Assembly (NCBI GenBank): GCA_958009085.1
Contig: OY253678.1
Location: forward strand, 434,001 to 498,000
Direction of reading: 5' to 3'
Length of the DNA: 64,000 nucleotides
Origin: Protoeuglena noctilucae
Taxonomy: Eukaryota
This document shows, one piece after another, positions 1-13,300 of this stretch; position 1 is the stretch's first letter, and each line of letters starts with the position of its first letter. The notes under the pieces were generated by a model. That model was not told where the DNA came from. It saw only the letters and a program-made list of their open reading frames with translations, and did not search any database. Position numbers and translations under genes: made by a program.

Positions 1-370
1 CGGTTGGGGCACAGTCACAGGCAGGCCTAGATAGGCACTTGTTGCCTTGGTGGGTTTGTTTCTGATGATATCTGCGAGTTACTGGCACCCACATGCGCCA
101 GGTGCCCCGGCTCAATTGCAGGGCTGGGGACGACGGTGGGGGCGGCGCTCGTGGGTGCGCCGGGGCTGGCCAAGGTGTCCTTCACGGGGAGCGTGCCCAC
201 GGGGAGGGCCATCTCGATGACGGTGAGAGAGGGTGCCCACACCTAGTAAGGGCAGGAGCGCTGGGTACCCTGGCCAACGCACTTCCCATGTCAACCCTGC
301 CAACACAGTGAGATTTTTGCTGTTCAATTGAGTGCCGTTACTGATACTACGACATCGTTTGTGACTGCAG

Positions 371-1703
371 TGCGCCAAGGCGCTGGTGCCTTGCACGATG
401 GAGTTGGGTGGCAAGAGTGCACTGATCGTGTTTGACGACGCGGACATCGGTGAGTTGCGCTGGCTCATGCGAGACCGGGGGCGGTGGGCTCACCTGGTGG
501 ATGTATGCGCAGCGCAGGGCAGCGGGTGTGGCATGACACTGACCTATAGCTCGCGTCCATCGCTGCGCAGAGAAGGCGGTGGAGTGGTGCATGTTCGGGT
601 GTTTCTGGACCAACGGGCAGATCTGCAGCGCCACGTCGCGCCTGCTCGTCCACGAGAGCGTCGCCCCACGGTTCTACCAGCAGCTGAGGAAGCGTGCCGA
701 GTCCATTCGCGTGGGGGACCCGATGGCCCACGGGACGCGAATGGGGGCGCTCGTCAACAAGCAGCAGCACGCCAAGGTGGGTGGGTGGCGGATTGGAACG
801 CCTGCGCTGAGCCGCTGGGGTTGAGTGGGGCTAGGGTGCGAGCGGGGCTGGGGTGCGGGAATGCGAGATGAGTCGTGAGGGCGGATTGTCTCTGACCCGG
901 TGTGCGCCTCGCAGGTCATGCAGCACATCCGGGAGGCTTTGGAAGACGGGGCGACTCTTCTGACGGGCGGCAAGGTGACGAGCAAGACCTGGGTGGCGCG
1001 CAACGCATCGCCCGTGACCGCAGCAGCTTCCCCATGCATGGGACGTGTCGCTGCTGGACCCAACCCATTTGACGCGCTTGCTCGCGACCCCCGCAGCGCC
1101 CCGCGAGCCTGCCCACGGGCTACTTCGTGGAGCCGACCGTGTTCGTGAACGTGAGGCCAGGTCACCGCCTCTGGCGCAACGAGGTGTTCGGCCCCGTGCT
1201 GGCAGCCATGACGTTCCGGTCGGAGGAGGAGGCCGTGAAGCTCGCGAACGACTCGGACTTCGGCCTGGCCGGCGCCGTGTGCAGCGCGGACCTCAACCGC
1301 TGCCGCCGCGTCGTGCGTGCTTTGGACGCGGGGATCACGTGGATCAACTGCTCCCAACCGTGCTTCTGCCAGCTCCCGTGGGGCGGCGTCAAGCTCTCCG
1401 GGTTCGGGCGGGATCTGGGCACCTACGGACTCTCCAGCTACCTCTCGCCCAAGCAGATTGTCACGTACGTCAGGTACGATGGAGTTTCAGGCAGTCCCTG
1501 CCATCGCATGGGATACGTGCTGTGCCCTGTGCCCTCCGCACATGCCAGTGGAGATGCGCATGACTGGTCGCGCGCTGGCGATGGTCAGGCGATGGCTTCT
1601 TGCATCTGCTCCCGCCCCACGCAGCAAGGAGAAGTGGGGTTGGTACCCTCAAGCGCCGGAGAAGGGGGCCAAGGAGACCATGGTGGTGGAGTCCAAGTTG
1701 TGA
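371..1703 (+). CDS. ALDH10: Aminoaldehyde/betaine aldehyde dehydrogenase (ALDH10 family), 3' part, spliced; 5' exons lie upstream of the window
   Basis: Exon peptides [34 protein letters not shown] (catalytic Cys), [25 protein letters not shown]. The last exon reads KEKWGWYP...ESKL* (PTS1). Introns are GT-AG. Confidence 0.95.
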
Positions 1704-1855
1704 AGTCGATGTTTCGAGCCTGCGTCTGCCATCACATGCTCGTCACACCTTGAGCCAATGAGGCTAATTACGCCTGCCCTCGCTGGGACGCTGGCAGCGG
1801 CTGCTGTCACATGTGTTTTACTAACCGCATGTGAATGCTTCAATTGTTGAAGTCT

Positions 1856-1860
1856 TGTAA
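1856..1860 (+). promoter_or_regulatory. TGTAA chlorophyte-type polyadenylation signal (ALDH10 3' UTR); a similar motif lies at 47503-47507 after PIG-V
   Basis: TGTAA occurs 110-150 nt downstream of these stop codons. It is a known chlorophyte poly(A) element. Confidence 0.45.
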
Positions 1861-1953
1861 CACGCTAGGCGCTCCAATGGCATTCCGCATATTGCATTCA
1901 CCCCCACCCCCACCCCCATCCGCCACGACAGCTTCATCGCAGCCCCGCAACGG

Positions 1954-4119
1954 TCACGACGACTTCTCTCCCGTGGTGTCCACCGCCCCAGCTTTGATGA
2001 GGAGGTCGTTCAGGCCCCTGAGGATGCGCATGTCGCCCGGGGTGTCCCTGTCAAAGTCAACGGCCTTGACGCTGCCAAAGTCGAAAGGCAGCTCGAAGGG
2101 CAGGCTCCCTGGGATTTCCTTCTGAGGCAGGGGGATTCCCGCGGCGTCGTAGCAGAATTGGAACGACTCGAGGAAGCGGCGAGGTGTGCACTTGAACGGA
2201 CCGGTGAAGTGGCAAGAGATGATCTGCGGGGGTGGCGAGGCGTGCAGTTGAATGAGTGTGGTGTGTTGAGACGGGAGAAACCACGGTTGGGCAGCGAGTC
2301 AGAGACGCATGGCCAGCCTGGTGCTATGCCGGGTGGCATGGTGGGCAAAAGAGCTTCCCTGCGGGTGCTACTAGAACCGACGCCACCGCGCGCCCCTCGC
2401 CTTGTCGAAGGCCCAATCGCGGGCGATGCCCTCAGCCCACACGATGGTGGCGCGAGGGACCTTGCTGAAGACCAGGGTGCGCACGACGGGGGAGCAGATG
2501 ACCTGGGGCTCGCAGAGCTTCTCAAACGTCTCGTCGGGGTTCGTCAGGTCCTGGGGCCCGAAGAAGAGGACCTGGGTGCACATGCGGCGCCACCCGAGCG
2601 CACGCGCCACGGGGGAGTCGGCTGGCTTGGGCGAGAAGGGGTTCAGCGGGTTGGGCGCCGCGGCGTCGATGAGGAGCTGCGGGGGCGGGGAGAGTGGCGC
2701 AGGTCGACGAATCTGCCAGCAGCTGCTGCGGGGGTACTGGCGGTGGGGTCGGGCAACGAGCCAGGTCAACATGCAGGCATGGACGGGAACACCTAATCCA
2801 TGGACATCGCATCTCTCGCCGCGCTGCGCACCTCCGGGTCCACGATCTCCAGGGGCTGCCTGGGGACCTGGACGACGCAGTCGGTGACAAGGAGCGTCTT
2901 CGTTTTGCTGTGGAAGAAGGCCACCTCGCAGTAGGGCCCGATCTCGCTGAATGAGTCGTTGCAGTTGACGCGAAGGTCGATGTCTGCGAGGAGAGAGCTG
3001 ATAGGTGATCGAACACAGCTCACCAAAGCGTGCGTGCGTGCGCCGGACCGGCGGCGTGCAACTGCGAGCTGTCAATCACTCCATTCGTCACTCACCCTGC
3101 CTCCACGAGCATTCCTCGGGCGTCAGGTCGTCGGAGAGCTCTTGGACGCTGCGGAAGCCGAGGCCGAGGAAGGAGAGGGGCAGGTTGAGAGGGAAGGACC
3201 ACTGCTTGGGAGCGACCCAGAGGCTCGCGTTGGGGAAGTTGCGGGCGAAGGGTCCGAAGAAGACCTTGTGCTCGATGGCGAACGTCGGCAGCACGATGTG
3301 CTCCACCTCCCCCAGCGACCGCACCATCTCCAAACACTCTTGCGTGGGGGCGATGGGCGCGTGCACCCACAGGCCCCCGGACGACAGGCGGATGACGGTC
3401 ATGCGCGTGTTGATCGTCACGTTGCTGCGGAGGGCGGGCATGCTGAGGTCGGTCACCGTGGGAGGGGCGGCAGAAAGCATGCCCAGCACGACGTGACTCT
3501 GCACTTCGGCTTCGCTGATAGAGGGGACCTGAGGAAGTGCATGCGTACGACCGGTGGCGCGTGCGCCTCGCCATTCATGCCACAGCACGTTCACACCTGA
3601 ATCCGAGCCCCTGAGGCTGCTCGAAGGTCCACAGCACGTTCGGAACGACAGTCTTCATAAGCGTCCTCCTCTCGAACACCGGTCGCAGCGGGAATGGGGA
3701 GCCCAGAAGCGTGTACGACGTGCTGGCCTTGGACGGCGCACCTGCGACCTCAAACTCCACTTGTTTTGCTCCTGCTGTTCGTCGCGCCTTGCCGCCTGTG
3801 TGTCACCCGGCGAGTGAATATCGTCACCCAGCCTCCCTCAACAACGCTGTCGCTCACCTCGTGCACCCTTGGACACCGACGGACGACCCACGGTCTTGTT
3901 GGCTTTCGGCGTGGGCTTGGAGGTTGCAGGCCCCTTCGTGGTGCCGGGGGTGCTGGCCCCGCTGCCGCTCGTCCCGCGCGAACCGCCCAGGAGGTTCACA
4001 AAGATCGAACCACTACCCGGCTTGTCCTTGACCGCTGCCCCGGCCGCGCGCTTGCCCCCAGAGTTGGATTGGGCCTTGTTCGGCCCACCGAGCAGCGCCG
4101 TCACGCGCAGGCCCGACAT
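1954..4119 (-). CDS. DUF4336-family protein (metallo-hydrolase-like), probably plastid-targeted, multi-exon; start uncertain
   Basis: Peptides TLMKTVVPNVLWTFEQPQG, RMTVIRLSSGGLWVHAPIAPT.EC, VEHIVLPTFAIEHK, QWSFPLNLPL, YCEVAFFH.K.KTLLVTD, WAEGIARDWAFD. Stop TGA at 1954-1956. Confidence 0.85.
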
Positions 4120-4737
4120 CTTTCACCCCAAGCGCACCTGCGAGGACGAACAAGCTATACTCAGTGAAGCTGGATGGATGCGATGCGAGATCGGCCTCTG
4201 GTCGCTCGAGGGCGGGGTAGCTATTCCGTGGCCACACACTGGCCCTCCGCGACCGCCGGAGCGGCAGGTCATCCGGCCCACACACTGCGCAGGCGAGTCA
4301 CAGCTTACCACGCAAACAGGGGTAGTGCGCGCGTACGACTGGGGACGCTGGAGGACGCTATAACGCTGCGTGTCGAGGTGACAAGGCTGGCTACCACCTC
4401 GCGGACTCTCCAAGCGCAGACAAGTTAATGGCGACTCTGAGTATCGCTGCGAACCATGCACCGGAGCTTTGCGTCGCATCTCGCTGTCCTGCACGCCACC
4501 CACTGACAATTTCCAGCAACAATTCCCTATCCGTGCAGTAGATTGGCCCGATGGCGTGCGCGATGGAAGGGAGCGTTAACTAGCATTGCAGCGGCACCGT
4601 ATCTTTCCTAAAAAGTGAGACTCCGTGTGATTTTCCTGTTCCTGGACGCGCCGTCTCCTCTCGCGCCACGTGCGGCGTCCCCATCACATCCAGATTATCA
4701 GCCAGTTCAGCGTTGATGCAAGCTTGCATCTGCGGCG

Positions 4738-6044
4738 ATGGGGGACTACCACACGACCTATAAGGCTGTGGAGGGCACCACAACCGAGTGGGACGACCTC
4801 CAGGTGCGGGGAAGCGGCCGCGCCGCCTGAAACGATGCCTTTGTCCCTGCGGAAAGCTTTGTCATGAGGTGCATTGGTCAGTCGTGCCGCCGGGTCCCGC
4901 GCCCGCAGCGCAAGTACGGGAACCTCCCGCCCAAAGCGCCCGTGTGGAAGCCAGAAAAGTGGACTTCGGCCGAAGAGCACGCGGCGGTGTCCAAAGATGC
5001 CGTAGACGCGGCAGAGACGGAGCAGGAGCTCGAGGATCTCGAGGTGGACGATGACCGCTTCCTGGAGGCAAGCGGCCCGGGTGCAGGCCCTGCGATGGCC
5101 CCGGCAGGCTGGCCAGCGCCAACCAGCGAGTGTCTGGAGGGTGGCTCACCGTCCTTGGTTCGCTGGCGTCGTCGTCGCAGGAGTACCGGCGGCAGCGGAT
5201 CGAGCAGATGAGGGAGGCAGCAGCGCGGCCGCGATTCGGGTCGTACGATGTCATCAAGGCGAACGAGTGGGAGCAGCAGGTCACGCGAGCGGGGGACGGC
5301 GTGTGGGTGGTACTCCATTTGTTCAAGGCAAGGGGCTGCCAGGGCTGTTGGCACAGCAGGACGGCCGCCGACGCGATGGCGTGGAACGTGTCATGCCCTC
5401 GTCTCGCTGCGTCGCCACAGGACCATGTCTCCCAGTGCGCCATCCTGAACGAGTGCCTGGAGGACCTGGCGAAACGGTACAGCAACACCAAGTTCCTGCG
5501 CATCGTGTCGACCGATGCTATTCCCAAGTACCCCGATGCAGCACTGCCGACTCTGCTCGTGTATCAGGACGGGAAGAAAGTCAAGGATTTCGTGGGCCTC
5601 GAGGTGCTTGCTGGGCAGGGGCTGGAGGGCCGGTGCATCGAACGGCGGACCTGTTGGCGCCGTGCTGTGACTAGTGACTGTTTACGATGTAGGGTGCCAT
5701 TGCGTTCTCTGCAGGTTTTCGGGGGCAGGCGGGTGACCCCGGAGGAGGTGGCAATCAAGCTGAATCAAATAGGGGACATCTGCGCCTCGGATGGCAATGT
5801 GGAGGCTGCGTCACGGCGGGAGGCGCTGAAGCTCCTGGAGAAGGTCGCCATCGAGGTGGGCTGGGTCGGAGGGGCAGGGAAAGGGATGCATGACGGCGCG
5901 ATTGCACCGAGGAGGTGCTTGGTCAGGGCAGCGGTGGGGAGTTGGCCATGCCTTGGGAATGAGGTCCTACTGTACTTACAGTGCGAGCCTGTGCCTCGCT
6001 CGCAGACGCTGGACGAAGAGTCCTCTGACTTTGACGACAGCTAG
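4738..6044 (+). CDS. Phosducin-like protein (PhLP2/PDCL3 type, thioredoxin fold, CCT co-chaperone)
   Basis: The spliced product MGDYHTTYKAVEGTTTEWDDLQ|RKYGNLP..DDDRFLE|EYRRQRIEQM..FGS..WVVLHLFK|..KFLRIVSTDAIPKYPDAALPTLLVY matches the family. It uses two GC-AG introns. Confidence 0.92.
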
Positions 6045-6246
6045 GAGGCCGTCCTTGTTCAAGCGAAGGGCGCTTGCAGACATGGCGCACGGTTGCAGCT
6101 GCGCAGCAGCTGTGCCCCTGCAGCCTCCTAGTGCTGCTCTGGGGAGATAGTACCTGTCGTCATCCAGTGAAAGTGAGAGTATGTACAGATGCATGAGACG
6201 TGGAGGTGCAAAACGTGGATCAGGCAGACACTGGCGGTGCGCGCCA

Positions 6247-7440
6247 TCAACGCGACCGCCGCTTCATGTCCTCGAGCTCCACGTCGATGGCGTCGCGAAG
6301 GGGCCTCCCCTCCGGCAGCGCCCCGGACGGTCCCCGGGCCGACAGCCGCTTGAGCGCCTGCAGGCGACTCGTCCTCTCGTCAGTGCACGCCGTCCGGGCT
6401 GGCAGCCCGCAGAATGACTAGCCTCGAGGATTGACACTTACTCCATCATCCGCTAGCGTCGCTTACCTGCAGGTCGTCCTCGACCGAGTCCCCCTCCAGC
6501 TCTCGGAATCGCTTCTCGATCGTGTCGGGTGCCACAAGCAGGTTCGCCGCCTCCGCTTCGCTCTCCATCGCCAGCACCTTCTCCTCCATCTTCTCAAACG
6601 CTGCGACAATCAAAAGCGAGGCGTTCGCCGCGAAAATAGCTTTGCTCTGCCATCTATGCACGCTCGCAGCCCCGGCGGCCAGAACAGCGCGCGCCGCACT
6701 CACCCACGACCGAGTTGGACGTGTTGAGCTGCCCTACGATCTCGTTGATCTGCTTGGAGGTCTTGGCCGACGCCGCCCGCGCCTTGAGGGTGTCCTTCTT
6801 GGACTTGGCCTCGGCCAGCTTGCCCTCGAGCATGCGCGTGTTGGCGATCAGCTGGTCCGTGGCCTTGCGCTGCGCCTCCAGCTGCTGGCTGAGCTGCTGC
6901 GCCGACTCCTGGTAGCCCTTGCGACGCTTGAGCGCCTCGCGCGCCAGCTCCTCGTCGCCCTTCTCCAGCGCCATCTGCGCGCGGCGGTACCACTCGTCCG
7001 CCGTGTCCTTGGCCTGCTGGTACTTCTTCTCCAGCTGCTTCTGAGACGCCATGACCTGCGCGAGAGGCGGGGCCCGCGGGGTCGCTTCTCTGCGCTCGAC
7101 GGGCTTGAGACGCGAATGCGCGCATCGCGACGTCCACACACCTGCGCCGATGCCTGTCGCATCTTGATGAGGTCCTCCTGCATGTCGTTGACGGCCTGAT
7201 CCAGCACCTGCGAGAGCAATTTCGGCAGGTCATGCACCCGTCGCGATCCGTTGGCGCGCATCTCCTATAGCCGCGCAGTCGCATCCCCCGCGCGTACCTT
7301 CTCAGGGTCCTCGAGTCCAGTCACGATCGTGTTGGCGTACGACTTGACGACGCGGACGAAGCGGCCGAACAGGTTGGCCTCCGTGATGATGCGCGTGCCG
7401 CGGCCCTGCCGGGGCTCGAGCGCCGCGACGCGCTCCAGCG
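6247..7440 (-). CDS. VIPP1: VIPP1/IM30 (PspA/ESCRT-III family) thylakoid membrane protein; transit-peptide exon upstream of 7440 not resolved
   Basis: ANLFGRFVRVVKSYAN..LEDPEK|VLDQAVNDMQEDLIKMRQASAQ|VMASQKQLE..WYRRAQMALEKGDEELAREALKRRK..KDTLKARAASAKT, with the C-terminal helix DAIDVELEDMKRRSR*. Confidence 0.95.
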
Positions 7441-8411
7441 CTGCGGGAGAGGGGCGAATGCATCTCCGCGTGAGCGTCGCGAGCGGGTGTGGCGGGCCGT
7501 CGGCTCCCTGCTCGCCGGATGGCACAGAAAGTGGTAGGTTGCCATCTCCGGCCCCACCGCGCGTCCCCAAGCAGCGGGCAGGCGGGCCGTGATCCCCAGT
7601 CCCGCTTCAAGACCGCACTGGTTGCGTGGGTAAGACGCGCGGGGCCGACCGCGCCGCCGCGGGCCTCGAGCCACTCAGGAGGGGTTCCCAGCAGGAATTC
7701 GTGGTCGAGGGGACGCGACGGCACCCCGCACGGGTCGCATCGCTCGAGATCTCCCCACCGTCTCGAAACCATCTCTGGACGGGCGCGGAAGCCACCCCTA
7801 CTCACCTCGACCCGAAACGAAGGGCCTAGAGCCCACGCGCTGCCCCGCGAAGCTACCCCGGCATCCAGCCGCGTTCGCCCCGCTGCAGCGACGCATTTCG
7901 CCGAGGCTCAGGGCCGTCATCTCCCGTCCACGTTGCTCTCGGAGCCGGGCAAGCTGCTGTATAGCAAATCAGCAAGGGTCGAACGCAGCGGGCCGAGCAG
8001 GCGTCATTCAGCGACAAATGGGCGAGGATGACTGCTCAAGCGAGTGAGGGGCTGGGAACTGGCACTCTGGCACGCTTTTCTGGTCCCACAGCGGGCGAGC
8101 CGAGGCCGTAAATCCTTGGCGAACATATTCAGGCGCTTCACACCCGTGCTGCGCGAGGGGAGTTGGGTTGCTGGCTTCTTGGTTGCACTATTTATGTTCC
8201 TTTGCATCTAGCTCGACCTCACTGCCGCGCCAGCGACTTCCTGGTCGCGAGTCCTTGCGGGGCACGTTGCTTGTGTGCTGAGGCTACCAGGATTGCGTTC
8301 TCCTTCGTCGCCCGACTTCTCTAGCAGCCCGGCTTTTTGAGTCGCAAGCGACAGCCGCGGGGGCGGAGAATGGTCGCGTTGTAGCGCCTGGGTCCGCCCC
8401 GCTGAGCCGAC

Positions 8412-10265
8412 ATGCGGCTGGAGGTGGAGCGGGAGCGCTTCCTGGCGGAGAGCCTGCTCAGGCAGCAGCGGCTCGCAGGCGAGGCGCTCTCGTGGCATCC
8501 CGTCCCGCGTCGGGGCTGCATGATGAGTCAACCGCATGGCGTGCTGACGCCCGGCAAACATTCCCTGCTCCGCAGAGCGCCCTGCAGCGACACTGGACCT
8601 CTGCGTCGATGGCCGGGCCGCTGGCCAGGCGCCCGGGCCGGCCCGCGCCCGCACCACGCGCCCTTCAACCGTGGCACCGACACGCGACGTCCTGGACTTG
8701 TTCGCTGGCGACCACGTGCCGCGGCCTCAGGGTGCTTGGAACCCAGGGGGCCAGCGCTCACGCGTCGCCCACGAGCCCCTTCCACAGCGGCCCCGGAGGA
8801 GGCCCCTCAGCGCTCCCACCTACGTCCCGGCTAGCCAGACGACGGGTCGGACCCTCCCTCAGCTCGAGGACGCCCTGCGCCATTGGCTCGTCACGGTGCG
8901 GATGCCTGTCCTGGCCACATGCCTGCTCTGGCATGCCCGCCTTGTGCACCCGCCCGCCCGCTCAAAGTGCCGCTGTGTCCTTCGCAGTGCCGGGAGCTGC
9001 ACGAGAACCGCCGGGTGACCCTTGTGCGCGGCTTGATGATGGGCGTGCCGTGCGTCAAGGACTCCTCGGGGCTGCCCCTGGGCATCCTGGAGACGGAGCT
9101 CGTGAGGCGGAGCATCAAGACGGTCGATGCGGGGCAGCCCACCTCCCGCGTCAGCCAGGTGCTGCGAGCACGGGAGGAGGCCCTGCGGTCCTCACGCACG
9201 TCCCACGGCGTCGCCCTCCCCGTCCTATCGGGGCCCGACCCACCCGCCGCCAGCAACCGCGCCTCGTGGGGGTTCCTCGGAGCCGCCAGCAACCTCCGCG
9301 AGAGCCTGGAAACGCGCAACAGCGTCCTCTTCTCGCCCGCGATGGCCGAGGAGGACCTGCACCGCATCCGCACCGACCGCGACCTCTCGGAGGCCGAGCG
9401 GTGGGGCTACGCGCGGCAGGTGGAGATCGCACGGGCCAAGGCACTCCGGAGCAGGCGAGATAACGGGCGCTTGCGCACAGCTCGCACAGCTACGGTCCCA
9501 CGTATGGCGCAGCAACAGCTCACGTTTCAAGGTGTTTCAGTGAACGTGACGCACGTTCAACCCCAACACCTTGAAACGTGAGCTGCTTCTGTGCCATATG
9601 GATGGTTGAAAGCTGACAGAGCCCAAACAGGGCCGCACGTCTGGTGCAAGGCCGTGGGCAGACCGCAGGACGTGACTGGCACGTGGCACGTGGCTCGTGC
9701 TCGCAGTTCGGCGGCGCTGCCGAACCGTGCGTCGAGTTGGAACCCCAAGGTTCACTATCACCCGGACGCAATCGCGGGCGGAGAAGCGCCGCACACTCCC
9801 GCGGGGGCCTGGTCTGCGCCGCCCCCGCGCCCGCTGTCGGTGCACGCGGAGGCGCGGCTGGCCAAGCAGGAGGCAGAGGCCTCGGCGGTCCGGCACAAGG
9901 GCGCAGGCACCACGCGGATGGTTCTGGCGGGTTTGGTGCTGTCGCCCGCGCAGCTCCAGGAGTCATGGCGGCAGATGCTGGCCGCGGAGGTGGCGCGCTT
10001 GGCGGAGGGCGGCGGTGCGGACGGAGGTGCGCCGCCGGCCCCGGCCCTCTTCGCGCCTCTGAGCGACGCCGAGGTGGCCCTGCTGGTTGCCAAATACGGC
10101 CGGCCGCTGGGGCCCCACGAGACGGTGATTGGGGACGAGGATCGGTTCGTTTCTGGCGTCCCGCTCGCCAGCGAGTCCCTGGTGAGACGGGGCGGGTGCG
10201 GGGGGCGTGTCCTGCACCGTGTCGCAACCCTCCCTCACCCTTGCCCTCGTTGCTACCCCACTGCT

Positions 10266-10315
<50 letters not shown>

Positions 10316-13300
10316 CCCGAACCCCACCCTCACCGTCACCGTCACCCTCACCCTCCCTGCTACACACCCCGCAGAGGGGCTGCGTCCTGGACGTCTCGGA
10401 GGTGGTCGAGGCCGTGTGCCGCGGGGCCAACAAGGACCTCGAGGAGCGGCCCACGGTGCGCGGGGCGCCCGTTTCTGGCGCCGATGACTTTGGTTCCAAG
10501 TATATGCCCCGGTTCGCCCACGCGGCCGCGTACGCGCCCTCTGACCTGGACTCCCGGGCGGCGGCGGAGGCGGCAGCGACAGGGCCCCGGGCGCGGCTCG
10601 AGCTGGAGCACGTGTACGGGTACGCGGGGATGGGCAGCACGGGGCAGAACCTCTTCTACACGCGGCACGGCAAGGTCGTCTTCTACACGGCGGCGGTGGG
10701 CATCGTGGCGGGTGGGTGGCCGGCGCACGAGCCAGTTGCTTTGTGGCTTGCAGAGTTGTTACATGTCGTGTCCTGCTTCTTGGAGGAGTGGGGCTGTTCC
10801 TGGGCTAGCCGGGTTGCCCTTGTGTCGCACGCTTTGTTGGAACCATCCGCACTGGCCCGTCTGTCTTCCGCAGACCCTCTGGAGGCGTCTCAGGTGCCGG
10901 CTCCTACGGGGAAGGACATCGTGGAAGCTCCTCCAGTGATGACCTTCTTCCGCGAACACACAGGCGAGGCCTGCGTTGGCACAGCGAGGCACAGCGACAG
11001 GGAGGTTGCGTGCTTGGACCTCCGCACCTCAGATGACGGCCAACGCTCTCTGCGCTTGCTTGTCCAATCCACGATAGCAAGTTTGCTTAACTCCAAACGC
11101 TGGCGTCATTCTGGCGCGCGCAGATGACATCACGGCTATGGCCGTGCACCCCGACGGCGCGACCGTGGCGACGGGCCAATGCGGCCTGGCCCCGTTCGTG
11201 TGCGTGTGGTCGTCGGTGACTTGCAAGGAGAAGATGCGACTGCGGCACCCGGAGGGATCCCGGGCCATCACCGCCCTGGCCTTCAGCGGGGGCAAGGGCC
11301 GCCTCCTGTGCGCCGTCAGCAGCGAGAACGACCATGTGGTGAGAATGAGGCTGTATGGGATTGGGAATAAGCATTGCAGCATCTCAGCTTGCAATTGCGA
11401 ACCTGTTCTATATGCATGCATCACACGTGTCCAACCTGCAACTGCGTGGTCTTTCCACAGGTCACGGTGTGGGACTGGGCAGCCGGCCGCACCGTGAGCC
11501 GCGGCAACGGCCACAAGGGCACGCCGCCGCAAGTGCTGGGGGCCGAGTGGGACCCTCATCTGGAGACCGGCGAGGAGCGATTCGTGACGTTCGGCGTAGG
11601 GCACCTCAAGGCCTGGCAGCAGGTGTGCGCGTGTGTTGACTCGCCAGCCGTGACGCGTGGCCTTCGTTGCATGCCCAGCGATGTCGGCGAACGCTGCCGT
11701 GGGTTTAGGTACCACTCGCCACCCCTTGTTCGACTCAGTTGCTGAGGTTGGGTCCATCAAGAGAGCGCTTCCTACACCTGTAAGCACAGTCGAAGCAGAG
11801 TCCACGTACCCACCCAACAACCCAAACGCATGCTCCCTCGCTGCCCTCAGGTCGTGACGCGGGGTCAGATGCGGTTCGAGGGGCGGACGTGTGCATGGAA
11901 CGGCGCGGAGCCATCCACGGTCCTCTCTGCTCAGTTCCTGCCACCCGGTCTGGAGGACGGCGTCGCGAGCCTCGTCAAGGACTCTGGGTGCAGCCAGGGG
12001 CGCGTGGGGAAGGGCGGGGCCCGCATCCACGACCGGACTGACGTGGGGTTGATCGTGACGGGGCACCCGACGGGAGAGGTGCTGTTTTGGAAGGACTATG
12101 CGGCGGTCATGAGGCTAGACACTTACACGGCCGACGTGGGCGTGACGGCACGGCGCATGGGGGCCGTGGACGGGGCGCATGGCGTCCGGTGAGCGCCGCT
12201 TTGCGAGGAGCGTGTACAGCGGGGCGCCGATGGTTGTTGTGTACTCTGCATGTGCGCTGGCGACGTGATGATGCAGATTGTTTATGATGGCGACGAGGCG
12301 TCGAGTTGTGGATTTTTGTACCATTTTTGTCGATCCTTTGGCGTTCGCAGGGGTCTGCACGTGTGCCTCCTGGACCCCTCAGGGTCAGAGTGGGACGAAA
12401 CAACTGACCTGACTCCGGCTGACGTCAGGCGAATGGCCACCGCATCCCCCCAGCCCCAAGCTGGGACGGCCAAGAGCCCCGTTGATGCGCCGAGTGCCCG
12501 CCAGGGTCGCCCTGCGACGGTGCGGGAAGGGGAGCCCGTGAAGGCCTCTGCCCAGTCCCGGCCGAGCACCGCGGGGCCAGTATCTGCCGGGCCAGCCAGT
12601 GCCGAGCCGGCCAAGCCCATCGCTGGCAAGGGTGACGACAACGACGGTCGCTCGCCGTCTCGTCCAAGACCCGCGACGGCATCTGCCGCGCAGGCAACTC
12701 CGTCAGCTGCGACCTCGTCCTCTCCCACCCCGGCAGGTCCAGGCATGCAGTCACCGGACCGTGCAACGGCGGGACCCAGGGCAAAAGGGGTCGCCACACC
12801 GGGCTCTGGTCCCGTGACGATCGACGCGTCGACCGTGTCTGGCAAAGGGCTTGCCAAGCCCTGGGAGCTTCGGCCCTTGGTGGCCGTCCCTCCTGACGAC
12901 TTGAGTGACGCCTCCCCACCGCCCCTGGAGCCTGCGTCGGCTCCCCGGGGCCCGCGGTCCGCGAGCGCCGACAGGCGACCGGGAGTCGGGTCCACGCGCC
13001 CGCCGGACGCGAGCCCGGGCAGCCTGGGGTCCGTCAACACGAGCGCCGACTCGACGGCCAGCAGCGCTCTGGCGGGCCTCCTCCGCGCCACCACCGGGGC
13101 CCTGTTCGGCTCCAGCCCCGAGTCGCCCTCTCTTCAGGGCTCGCACGGGTCGCCATCCCGCACGCCCCTGAGCGGCTCTGCGGCCTCGACCAACGCTTCC
13201 TCGCCAGGCCCACGCGCCAGTGAGCCACGACCGGGGGGTCACTCGAGGAGCCGACTGGGAATGGACGCGCGCGCGAGTGGCTCTGGGGCCGTGCTGGACC

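Noticed and set aside
10705..10715. Apparent non-canonical donor after AAVGIV in the EML gene
   Set aside because: A canonical phase-1 GT donor (GCG G|GTGGGT) fits the downstream exon.
12260..12340. TGATGA (C-box-like) in an AT-richer EML intron suggesting a snoRNA
   Set aside because: No properly placed CTGA D box or terminal stem was found.
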